Source: Podarcis erhardii
Taxonomy: Eukaryota
DNA length: 64,000 nt
Reading direction: 5' to 3' (one strand)
Assembly: GCA_964252035.1 (NCBI GenBank)
Contig: OZ176200.1
Within the stretch, counting starts at the first letter, position 1; each line of letters opens with the position of its first letter. Of the stretch, positions 1-10,939 are shown piece by piece. Under the pieces are notes generated by a model. That model was not told the DNA's origin. It did no database searches and saw only the letters and a list, made by a program, of their open reading frames with translations. The translations under genes and the position numbers were made by a program.

Positions 1-250
1 ATAAGTAACTAAATAGGCTCCTCACAGTGTATGAACATGCAAATAACCATAACTTAAAAGGAGGAACCATAATCTGTGCACTGCACCTAAAGTCAGGCAT
101 CTGGATTCTGCATCAAGAGCTGAAGCTTAAAGTCTGAATTAAAATAATTCTTAGTGCCCCCACCAAACTACAACTCTCAAAGATTATTTGTGGGTTCCCA
201 TGATTGTTAAAATGGTATAAAACTAACACAAGCTTATAGTTCAGACATAC

Positions 251-337
251 CCTCAGATACCGGATCAAATGTACTCTGGCATGATAAACATTCTGATTCA
301 CCATGTGGAATTCTCAAAGAAATCGCCTCCTCCAGCA
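251..337 (-). CDS. ZNF408: Candidate ZNF408 linker exon ([29 protein letters not shown])
   Basis: Acceptor ctttgctattttattgcag|, donor GAGG|gtatgt; 87 nt, phase 1 to 1, open frame. No homology support. Confidence 0.4.
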
Positions 338-3300
338 CTGCAATAAAATAGCAAAGCACTGTTTGCAAGGGTGGGGCTGGCCAGTGCTGTTGAGCAAAAT
401 AAAGGTCACTGGGTAGAGGAGTGGACATTGGCCTGAGTTCCACTTCTGCCTGGCTGTGGGTTGATTGAATTGTTCTGGGCAAGAATATGCTTCCACACTT
501 GGTTCCCATTCTCTGTACTTGGGATGCTGAAAGCCAGCCTCTTAGGGGATTGTACCCTGAAAGCACTGCAGAAATATTCCTTATTCACAGCAAGAGAGTG
601 TATACATTCTGAACAAGTTGCCTCCCACAGTATCATTTGAAGGGGAAAAGGAGCCCCTACCTTTCAAGTTAAAATATTACTATCAGTCTGAGTTTGTTCA
701 CAGATGACAATTTAGGTCTGTGAAAATGAAATCATGTACCATAAACTCTTTTTGTGAAAGGAAGGACAAAACACAGGGTGCTTCAACTACAGTTGCCTGG
801 GTGTGCAGAGTTTGGCAGTGGAGTTCTTTGCTTAAGGAACATGCATTTTTCTATTACCAAGTATGTTAAGTCATTTTTTTAAAGAATAAAAACCCTTCCT
901 GTTTCTGATGCTGCTTAAATCACCCGTGATACCACCTTCTGACTAAGATTCTAGGAATTCGGGTACAGTACCTGCAAAGGAATCTATTGCATCGCCATCT
1001 AGGGAAGCATCTCCTTTCTGTGTCAAAGTCTCTGCTTCCACAGTGGTGGTCTTAGCTAGCTGCTCCTCTACCGTTTTCCTCTCTGCGACAAATACCCCAT
1101 CTGATATATTTGCTGGTGCATTCTTTTCCAGGCAAGCGGGACTGGCCTCTGCTAACCAGTACAGCAGTTCAGTGCCAGCAGCAATGGGACAGGATACTCG
1201 GATGTGGAGCTCCCCATTGATCCATCCTAATGCCACATTTGCCTCATCTTTATCCCGGCTTTGCTTCACCAAGCTGTAAAACATATTATGCCAAGCATCA
1301 GTATCCAATATGGGCTTTGTCCGAAGTACAGGGGCATTACAAGGCTCTAGAGAGGCAGTGCAAGTGGGTGTTATGCGAGACTTAAGGGGGCCTCAGTCAG
1401 GTCTATCAACTAATATGTCTATAGATCCTGACGGTTTTTTTGAGCAGACTCCTAGGAAAAGTCAATTCAGAATACTTTTTTTGAAGTTACCTTTTGTTGA
1501 GACAGATTTTTGAGTCCATCTAACTCAGCATTGTTCACATACACTGACTGGTAGTAGTTCTTCAGAGTTTTAGGCAGGGGTCCTCCTTGGAGGTACAGTG
1601 ATTGAGCCTTTAAACTTTCCTGAAAGCAGTTTATGAAACCATACAGCTAACAAAACACCTAGTTCATACAAAATGGATTCTGATAGTGGCCATGCAAGAG
1701 TACTGATTAAGGGTACAAAAGACTTGCGGCTGCTTCAACGTTTGTTATATTTAAAGTCACATATAGGAAGTTTAATCAGCACAAAATTGCTGGCTCATGA
1801 CTGATTGGTTAAATTGCCCTCTCCAAAGGCTAAATGAATATATTTAGCTTTACCATCCTATTTTTTAGGAAGATGAATAATTATTTAAGAGATCTTTGTT
1901 AAACTGAATAGAAATTTATTGCTAGCTGCAAAATATTGAGTTGTATTCAATTAAGTCCAGGCAGAATAGAGCCAATGAAATTAATGAGCCTAAGTGAGTC
2001 AAGTCCATTAATGTAAACAGGTCTACTCAAAATAGGACTAGCACCGAATATCACTTACTGATTTTATTTATATTTTAAGGGTGGAATTCATCATAGAGAT
2101 ATTACAATCCTATCAGCAAAGGCATTTCAGTTGCTGGACAGAACAATCTCCCCTCTCCTTCCCCTGAACACTCTTCTGGGGAGAGAACACTCTTCAGAGA
2201 GAATTTGGCATGAGAGAAGGGAGGAAGTTCCAGTGCACTGGCTCTTATTAGAACACCTGCTTACTTGAATATGTCCCACTTTTTCCTTCTCAACTTTTAT
2301 GAATTTAAGTTTTTTTCTATGTAAATGGAGTTCATTTTTTAAAAAGCTGTAATCCACTTAGTTTCCTTTCCAGATGAAAACATGGAATGCATGTATCATA
2401 ATTATTGATAAGAGGTAACTTAGATGGATTAACACAGAGGTTTTTTGTCAATATAGCCTAAGAGACCAATAAGCCTGACATTTCAGCTCGCCCGAGAATT
2501 CTCTAAGGAAAACTTGACCATCCTTCAGGGAGGATTCATGTTTCTGATTCTGCTCCAAGAAAACACAAAGCATATACTTGTTTATTTTGCATAAATGTAT
2601 TACATTTGTAATATTTCTTTGCCAGTATTTTAAAGGAAGTTGAACAGGATGGGAAGAAAAGTGAGATTCTGGGTATGGGCAGGGAGTACCAGTGAGGAAG
2701 AGAAAAAAGGAAACCACAAAAGGAACTGAAACTTACAGTGCATTCTATATATCAGGAGCAGCCAACATTGTACTCGGTAGGTGCTGCTGGACTCTAATGC
2801 CTACCATCCCTGATCTGGGGGGAGTTGCAGTCCAATTTTGGGAGGGATTATTCATTTGCTTTTAGATCAGGGGTGGGGAACCTCCAGGCTGAAGACCAGA
2901 TTTTGACTGCCAAGGGTTCCAGTTTGGCCCAGAAGGCAGTTCCTACCCAATTACACCCACCTGCCCCATACATGACATCATATATGGGGCAGGTAGAGAC
3001 ACAGACGCCAATGCACATTGGGAGCCTGACTGTGCATTGGTTAGGGAAAGCAGGCTTCAGCTCTACTGCCTAGATAGGTGAGATCCAATGCTTCCCCTAG
3101 AGTTCCCTGCAAGGAACTTGTTCATGCAGCTGATGCCAGCAAAAAGTAGGATTCGGCTCTCCTGCCCATCAGTTGACGGGTGGAAGAATAGAAGCCTGCT
3201 TGTTGCTGGAATCAGCTGCCTGCTGCATTGCTGTGGGGGGCTTATAGAACTCCTTGCAAGCCCCGCACAGCAATCCAATTTCTGCTTTCCTGCCTGTCAG

Positions 3301-6300
3301 AACCACATTACAGCTTCTGTGACACAAGATAACCCAAAGAGAAAGGACAGTGACTCTGCTGAGTTTCTTCCTCATTCTGTTGGTTGACCTGCATGCCTAC
3401 CCTGTAGCTGATTTCCTTCAGCGTTAGGAAAAAGTTGCAAGATGAGAAGAAAGACAGCGGAGGAGCTGCTCAGCTCCTGGGGTGACAGAGGAAAAGAACA
3501 GAGCTAGTTGCTATTAAACAGGCCAGTTTCTACATCTGCAGCAAAAACATTTATTGATCACATATTCATCACCCATTCTTCAGTGGCTAACATACCAGAA
3601 CTCATATATCCTCTCACAATATCACCAGTTACTTTTGGATTTACAGAGGCATACAGAGTCATCAGAAATAAATTCCAGGATCATATCTGATTTTGGCTCA
3701 CTTGACTGCAAGTTGGTCCCAGCCATGGAGCAAAATTTATCATCTCATTGCTCTGTTATATATCTGGATTGATTTTTGAGATGTGTGAGAATGAATAAAG
3801 TCCTTCACATCATCATATGCTGAAAATTCATCTGGCTCCTTGAAGAAACCATCAAGTGATCACTGCACTACGGTTTGTGATAACAAACACTGAGCTTGTG
3901 GTGCAGCCACAAGCTTTTCAACAGAAATGGCCCCATGCTGGTTGCCGGAAAAACGTTAAGTGCTGTTGGTGAGATAAATACTAAAGTCTGATTCTCACAA
4001 CTTACATAATTTTCAGCCTAACTCAAGCAGGATTGATAGTAAAACATCTATGTGGTTTACAAACAAGTTAAAAAACAGTTTGCATGAATTGACCCTAACT
4101 TGTTCATTATGGTTTGAATGATCGTAGCCAACAAACCACTTCATTAGATGTATGAAGTTTGCTGAGAAAGTTGTGAAGCAGAACGCACCTTTTCCAGCTT
4201 GCTATCCTGTTGCAAGCAGAAGCCTCTTTCCAGCAGGCTGGTGTAAGTTCCTGAAACACGAGAGTAAGGGGAGTCCCAGTTAGAGAGGTATTTTAATTCC
4301 CACGGGCAGATCTTAAGCCCAGAACTAATGGGCTAGCTGTCCTTTTCACCTGAGGGTCAATTCAACAATCAAGCTGGCATATTAAGAATGAGTGTGGTGG
4401 CCTATGCCCTCAGGGCCAACATACATATAGTGTAGGCAATATGCCGTTAGGTCTTCTAATGTCTTTTTATTTACTTGACAGCAGCTATGCACCCTCACCT
4501 GGATCACGGACTTCACACTGTTCACTCTGTTGAAATTACCATCCTAAGTTTAAATGCACAGCTCACATCCTCTAGCAGCTGTGGGTTCAGTACTGTGGGC
4601 CTAATTTTATGGAACTCCCTTCTATTTGAGGTCAGACAGTCTTCCTCCCTGTTGAACATTGGGTGCCTACTGAGGAGTTTTTATTCTGGCAGACATTTAA
4701 ATGAAATTGACGGATTTGTGGTTTCAACTGATTTTTATCTTTATTGTATTACACTATTGTACTTTATTTAAGAGACTACCGTAATTAAGCAATACATAAT
4801 TTGTCAAAATAAAAATGAATGAGCTGTTGTTTGCTCTCCAGGAGGTGGGGAGGGAGTCAGGTAATGTCATGGGCCCCTCGGCCCTATCAGGATTGGGCAC
4901 CTGGAGGTGGAGGGTGCGGGTCTTCTCCATACAACTTTAGATGTCAGAAAAGGGGAAACAAAGCTACATCCTCTTAGCTCTTGTCACCGCTCCCCTTGAG
5001 AGGCGCAGATAATTATTATGGAGGGAGGACGACTCTGACTAGCCAGTGGGAGGAGCTGAGCAAGAGCAGCTCGAGGGAGAGGGGCAGGACAGTCTTGTGG
5101 CCACAAACCTGGCACCACTTTTGTAGGTGGGATCATCTGCATCTACCCCAGAGAAGCACACACAGAAGCTGGCTAGGGAGGCAAGAGAGTCTCGTGAGTG
5201 AACATACTCCACCTAGTCTTTTTAAAACTTGGTGGGAGGGGTGTGACAACCATTGGGACATCTTCTAGCGTCATTCATAGAATCAAGAATTGTAGAGCTG
5301 GAAGGGAACTCGAGGGCCATCTGGTCCTGCAATGCCGGAATCTTTTGCCAATGTGGGGCTTGAACCCACAACCCTGAGATTAAGAGTCTCATGCTCTACC
5401 AACTCAGTTATTCAGTTCTGAATCACTTATCTTGCTCTTTTAACTTGAACTCTTTACGACTGAACCTGTGCTTGCTGCTAGCCTGAGTAAAGATCGCTTC
5501 CTTACTCTGAAGTAAGCACTGTGTGATTTCAATCATGGAAATAAGGGGAAAGAGTTAATCATCTTCCCTAAGCACTGCTTCACCATCTCATTATCCTCCC
5601 TCTGCAGTATGTTTTTTAAGATATTAAAAAAAAATCCTAAAATACAGTGATTGCTACCATATCACATACAGTTCAGCCCTCAGATCTACATCAACAATTA
5701 TTGGCAACTACTGTAATTCCACACATGTTCAACTGAATTGTCAGAAATGGGATGAGCTTAGATATTATTTATAAAATCACTTTGGGGAAATATAGCCATG
5801 TGGTGAACTGTTTGTCTATAGAGCTTCAGCAGCTACAAACTATCCCATTTTCATTCAGTTGCAGTAAATACTTGCCTCACTAGATGGCCTGATACTACAG
5901 ATGACCAACTCTCCCTACACAGTTGCGGTCACTCTGCAGTGACCTTCTAAGCAGCTGGGAGTAGTGCGCAGTAGTGGCTAGACTATGTAGTAGACTAAAA
6001 CTGCAGATAATAATAGAGGAGTAAGTGGCCTTGAGCAACAATAACTTTCAGTGCTCCTTCACAGAATTGTTGAATGGATAAAAGTGTGTCTGACTGTAAG
6101 TTGTCTTGAGTACTTACCAGTAAAGTGGAATATAAACTAAGCAGACATCATGCCACATTCAGTCAGTTTCAACCCATGCAATGAGCAGGGGTACGCCAAG
6201 TGAGGGCTGAGTTGTGTGCATGATGGAGCAGATACACGACTGCTTCATGAGGAAGGGAGAGACAAACTTCACCTCTGAAGCACATTCTCAATGGGACAAC

Positions 6301-7508
6301 TAAGTAACATGAAGTGACTACAGTTCAGACTTCTATAGACAGAAAGAGGAAACAGAGGCACCAGAGCTAGATGTGTGTGCAATTACCTTCTAACATGAAA
6401 AACCTTGCTAATTTGGACAAAAGGACCATCTAGCTCAGCATTCTAACAAGTCTGATATGAGGGCAATAGCCCACTCTGTAATGGTATTCAGTGGCATTCA
6501 GCTGCTGAAACACTGTGGCTAATAACCATTGGTATATATTCCCTCTGAACTTTTTAAATCATCTTTTAATGTCATCTAAGCTAGTGGTCCCCATATAGTG
6601 TGACAATGAATTCTGCATATTAATTATGAGCTGTGTAAGTACAGTACTTCCTTTTCTATCCTGTTCGTTAGCTTACTGGGAAGCTCTAGCATTATGAGAG
6701 AGGGGGAAATGCCTTCTATCCCCTTTCTCCCACCCATGTGCAGGTGTCAAGGATACCAGAAACCAATCGAAACTATTTTTGGGACACCAAAAAGTGACTA
6801 GATCAGTGTTTCCCAACCTTGGGCCTCCAGCTGTTTTTGGACTACAACTCCCATCATCCCTAGCTAGCAAGACCAGTGGTCAGGGATGATGGGAATTGTA
6901 GTTCAAAAACAGCTGGAGGCCCAAGGTTGGGAAACACTGGACTAGATAACACTAAGACCAGGACAGCTGCACTTTGAAGAGAGAAATTGGGCAAGCAAGC
7001 TGCTTTCTTAACTGGTGGATATAACAAGCTGCGCCTGTCAGAATCCCTTCTCCCGGCAACCGAGAAGGGTCGGGCGTCTAGATGTGGTCGGCCGGGCAGA
7101 GGGTGGCGAGAGGGCGCCCCCACCGACCTGAGGGCTCTGACTGGAGGCCCAAACTTGCCCGCCCATCGCTCACCGCCGGGCAGGCGCCCGCCTCCTGCTC
7201 CTCTTCCTCCGGACCAAGCAGGAGCAGCAGCGCCCCCGGCTGCAAGGGGCTCCCCACACACCACACCCCAAGGCCCCTCTCGGCGGACAGGGAAGGGCCC
7301 AGGGCTAAGCCCCGCGGAAGGCTCCACACTGGGCAGCAGGACCAGGCGCCACCGCCGCGCGCGTCCGGGGGCCGACCTGAAAGGGAAGCAGAGACACGAA
7401 AGGGACGGTGAGAGCAGTCAAGGACGCGGGGCGGCAAGCGCTCTCCGCTCCCTCCCGTCTCCCGAAAGACACCCGCTCGCCCTCACTCTGGCCGGGGCTC
7501 TGCTCCAT
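251..7508 (-). CDS. ZNF408: Zinc finger protein 408 (PRDM17), 5' part only; gene span, partial
   Basis: Exon 7174-7376 encodes [30 protein letters not shown], close to human ZNF408 [25 protein letters not shown]. Exon 972-1273 encodes [26 protein letters not shown], a PR/SET-like C-terminal half. It lies head-to-head with ARHGAP1 as in human. No C2H2 fingers are in the window. Confidence 0.85.
972..1273 (-). CDS. ZNF408: ZNF408 exon with PR/SET-like C-terminal half and linker
   Basis: Acceptor tgttttacag|C, donor GCAG|gtactg; 302 nt, phase 2 to 1; SLVKQ...EANV...LHIRV...GTELLYW resembles human SLVQR...EGNV...LHLQV...GSELLLW. Confidence 0.8.
1543..1619 (-). CDS. ZNF408: Candidate ZNF408 exon bridging phase 0 to phase 2 ([25 protein letters not shown])
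   Basis: Acceptor aactgctttcag|G, donor AGT|gtatgt; the open frame joins exon 7174-7376 to exon 972-1273 in frame. No recognisable homology, and an alternative donor exists after 1491. Confidence 0.35.
2868..3068. mobile_element. Probable old hAT-type MITE
   Basis: Starts CAGGGGTGGGGAACC, has an internal palindrome ctgccccata...tatggggcag; TSD degenerate. Confidence 0.4.
5275..5410 (-). mobile_element. tRNA-Lys(CTT)-derived SINE with CR1-type 3' tail
   Basis: Minus strand 5410-5347 reads gttggtagagcatgagactCTTaatctcagggttgtgggttcaagccccac (tRNA-Lys-like, with A and B boxes), followed by a CR1-like end ...cccttccagctctacaattcttgattctatga. Confidence 0.75.
6804..6939. mobile_element. hAT-type palindromic MITE (family A), young copy
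   Basis: 58-bp inverted arms with 2 mismatches starting CAGTGTTTCCCAACC; perfect 8-bp TSD GACTAGAT (6796-6803 and 6940-6947). Confidence 0.9.
7174..7376 (-). CDS. ZNF408: ZNF408 coding exon 2
   Basis: Acceptor gcttccctttcag|G, donor GCG|gtgagc; 203 nt, phase 1 to 0; carries the [18 protein letters not shown] motif. Confidence 0.85.
7487..7508 (-). CDS. ZNF408: ZNF408 first coding exon (MEQSPGQ, phase 1)
   Basis: ATG at 7508 in context gttATGG; donor CCAGA|gtgagg; phase 1 matches the acceptor at 7376. Confidence 0.65.
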
Positions 7509-7608
7509 AACGGCTCCTGGGCGGAACGTTCCGCGCTGCGCGCCGTGTTTGCGCCCGGACGGCTTTTCCCTTTCTCTCGCCGGCCTTTCCCCGAGGAGGC
7601 GGGAGCGT

Positions 7609-7622
7609 GTTGCCACGGAGAC
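7609..7622. promoter_or_regulatory. RFX X-box-like motif GTTGCCACGGAGAC
   Basis: Near match to the GTTGCC-AT-GGCAAC consensus, located between the two divergent first exons. Confidence 0.5.
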
Positions 7623-7689
7623 TCGTCCTTTTTCCGGTTCGGAGGCGGATGTTTGTGAAAGGGGGGTTTGACAGGCGGGAGTGGCGGCT

Positions 7690-7814
7690 GCTGGCGAGCG
7701 GAGGAGCGCTCAGGGAGCGCGCAGCGCAGGAACTCCGTACTGGGTGCGCGTCGGCGGCGTCGGGGCTGCATCTCTTCCCTTCCCCCCACCGCGCACACCT
7801 TCATGAGATAAACA
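7690..7814 (+). other. ARHGAP1: ARHGAP1 non-coding first exon (5' end approximate)
   Basis: Donor AAACA|gtgagt at 7815 within the CpG island; the downstream ATG-containing exon begins at an acceptor (15252), so an upstream exon is required. Confidence 0.6.
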
Positions 7815-7919
7815 GTGAGTGGAGGCCCAGGCGCCGCTTCGAGGGGCGGGGCTCCTTCTGGGTTTATTCTCTTGCTTATGGGGGGGGGAGCGGGGGGCTG
7901 GGGACGAAGTTGAGGGAGG

Positions 7920-7928
7920 GCGCATGCG
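7920..7928. promoter_or_regulatory. NRF1-like motif GCGCATGCG
   Basis: Core of the TGCGCATGCGCA consensus inside the CpG island. Confidence 0.4.
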
Positions 7929-10900
7929 TCGACTCCAGCCTCAGCGTGACTTTCGGTGGGAAGGAGGGAGGTCTCTTGTCAAGCAGGGGCCGCTGCCAGG
8001 CTTCTGGGCTGGGCTTCTGTCTCGACCCTCCCACCATCTCCGTGGGTGTCGTCGTTCTCAGGGCTGCCAGGTTCAGATCTATGTCAAGATTTTGGAATAC
8101 GCCCCCTCCCCCGCTCCCTCAGCAACCCAAGGGGCCCCCATGCCTTTATTGTTAAGAAGCCCCCCCCCCCCCCGCCCTCGCTCCTTTCCTGGAGATCTTT
8201 TTTGGTGCTGGAGGTGGAGGTGCCTACACTGGGGAGGCTTTTAGAGGAGTGTGCGCGTGCGTGCAGGTGCTTAAAGGCGGCGGGGGTGGGGAGAGATGGG
8301 AAACGTTCGTTTACCTTAAAGTGAACTGATTTTAGGACCCAAACCCTTGCCACCTGTGCACACTTTTTTGGGGGGGAAATACTTGCAATTTGGGAAATAC
8401 TTGCAACTGAGTTAAGCGGGGTAGTAAGGTCAAGGGGTGCGGGTTGCTTAAATGCAAACATATAAAGACTTTCCCGCCACAAAAATAGTGCCAGAACTCC
8501 CCATTTCTATTGAATGGGGCTTGTCACAGAGTAGTGTCAGATGACTGCGTGTTGGCCTCCTGTCCGTTACGCGGAAGGGTGCTGGAGTGAATTGTGATGT
8601 CTCCACTGCCATCTGTATGAAGCTGTTGGGTTCCACTAGGGACCCCATTTGTACCACGGAGTTCAGCATATTCTGATGGTACTCCATTTCTCTGTTACAT
8701 CTGAATCAAGTGTGACTGTGCAAGCCCTGGATGAGTATGTGGTGTGCACAGGAAGTGGGGGTGAGTCCTGTTAAGACCAAGGCCCTGTAAGTGACTAGCT
8801 CTGTGCATGGATTTTGGGAGTTTGCTTTTTCTGGACCAGGGTTCTACTCCCTCTACTGGAACTGGAATGTCATATGGGGGTGCTCCTTGATCATTCTTTG
8901 TTTCTGGGGGTACAAGTGACCTCAGTGGCTAAAGGTTACTTTTGCCACCTTGTACTCTTGCACTAGCTCTGACCATTCTTGGACCAGTGCAACCAAGCTA
9001 CAGTGACCCATGCATTGGTAAGCTCAAGACTGCATTATGGCAGTTTGGTCCATGTGGGCCTGGCCTTAAGGCTGGTTTGGAAGCTGCAGCATATAATATC
9101 TGTGTTGAGGGAATTGTGCTGCTGAGCGAAGTTGAAGGTTTCATTATACCTACATATTCCTAAACTTAAGGGAAAAACGGTTATTTGAGAGACTGCCTTC
9201 TCCCATATAGATGTGTCTGCTCGCTAAGGTCTTCAGAGAAGGCCCTGTCACTTATTCTGTGGCCCACAGAGACTTATCTCATGTTAAGCTGGAAAAGGGC
9301 CTTCTCCTTTTTGGCCTCCAGCCTGTGAGATGCACCTGCTGTGGTGAGCTTTCATCTGCTGTTTTTAAAAACACAGCTACCTTATTTGAGGCTTCCCTGG
9401 CCTCTGATACAATGTCTTGAATGGTTCCCGGTTCCTGTGTTTGTGTTATGTTTCTTTTATCGGACTGTTTCTATTGTATATAGAATTGCTTTGTTACACT
9501 GAATTATTTTGTTGCACTTCATTTTGATAATTTAAAGAGGTGGTATGTAACTATTTTAATTTAAACTTTCAAAGTTTCTGGAGCCCTTTGGGGGTTTGAG
9601 TCTGGTAATTCTAAATGTATGCTTTGCTAGTTTGCATAAATCATCTCACAGAAACTGCTTTATCCTGCTTTTATCAGGATTCGTACATCATGCTTCTGTG
9701 GTAAATGTAACCCCACAAATACTTGAGTCTACTGCATAAGACTTTGTGGCCCATCACAAGATTGTCACTAGGGCTTTGTGGTTTATGTATTTGAGCTGGA
9801 AAGAAAAGGGGGAGTTGTATAGTTCTGTAAAGGAGAAGAGTGGGAAGTGTGGGGGTGTGGTAGGGGCTCAGTAAAACCAGAGAGGTGTGATAGCACTTGT
9901 TTAAGGAGAAATCATTATTTATTGTGTGTTGGTTCATGCATGTCCATAAACAGAGCATTGAACTAGGATGAAGCCACTTATAGGATTATTATTATGTCTG
10001 ACTTGTGAAGAGCATTCTGAAGAAGGAAATAAGACAGGAATGCCCACTTTCATGACAATTTTTTGCTTTGAGATAATGAGTGAAAGAAATTAGAGGGATT
10101 ATATAGCCTGCTTGGAAGTCTTTGATGTTCAGCTGTTCCTGCTAAACAAAAGCAGTCAAATTCAAATTCAAATTTATTCTATGCATCTATGCTTTCATGT
10201 CCTTTGAGCTTGCAGTAAAAATCCTAAAGCAAATAGACAGAATTATCCTGGAAGCAGGGTAGGCATGTGCGTTAAACATGTGGCACTATTCTCCCCCACC
10301 CCCCACCCATGATTGAATTTGTGTAACATTTCCAGAGTCTCAGTGTAAGCTCAGCAGCTGGAAATGGTTGGCTGAGGCAGGGACTGAGTAGTCAGGTTTA
10401 TGATCTGACAGGAAAGGTGTGGTGTCTTTTTAGTTCTGTCACCTAATTCAGTTCTGGGTGTTCAGTAGATTGCGTTGTTCAGTGAGTGTATCCTGTTTGA
10501 TTTAAGCTGATGGCTTCCGAGGGGAGGGGGGATCTGAGGGAGGGACTACTTTGGCTTAACTCTTCTGCTCCCTCCCCTTGAGGTTGACAACAGTGTTGGC
10601 TAGGTAAACATAATGGCTGCCTTTCTTTACCATACTGAAATATGGATAAAATTAAGTGGATTTCACAATCAATGCAGCACTGGAGGCCCAAACAGCTGTA
10701 GTGGACACTTCTATATTGAGTCAGCGGGGTTGTTGATAATATGAAAGAAATAGGGTGTGATGTTCCCATGACCTAAAAGCAGGAATCTTAACTCACCAGC
10801 TGTTAAAACTATGATTAGTTGAAAACCTCTCTTGCAGTTAATGTCTTCAGAGAGATCCCTTTTCCAGTTATCATTTAAGGACATTTGGTTTATGGAAGTA

Positions 10901-10939
10901 TGGAACAAGTTGTTATAACACTGCATCTATGGAATAGTT

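Larger units (their letters stand above)
7040..8290. promoter_or_regulatory. CpG island / bidirectional ZNF408-ARHGAP1 promoter
   Basis: Abrupt GC- and CpG-rich block in otherwise CpG-depleted DNA; divergent 5' exons at 7487-7508 (minus) and up to 7814 (plus). Confidence 0.9.

Noticed and set aside
1-250. ZNF408 C2H2 zinc-finger exon
   Set aside because: No CxxC...HxxxH or TGEKP linkers in any frame; the finger array must be outside the window.
2950-2995. TGG GGC AG|gtgggt as the missing Trp-containing ZNF408 exon end
   Set aside because: It is one arm of a palindrome within a probable MITE and has no good upstream acceptor.
5347-5410. tRNA-Lys gene
   Set aside because: Lacks the 5' acceptor-stem strand, has substitutions in the D and T arms, and runs into a CR1-type tail; treated as a SINE head.
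6860-8482. Many long overlapping ORFs (up to 223 aa) on both strands
   Set aside because: Expected from stop-codon scarcity in a CpG island; only the segments matching ZNF408 exons have motif and splice support.
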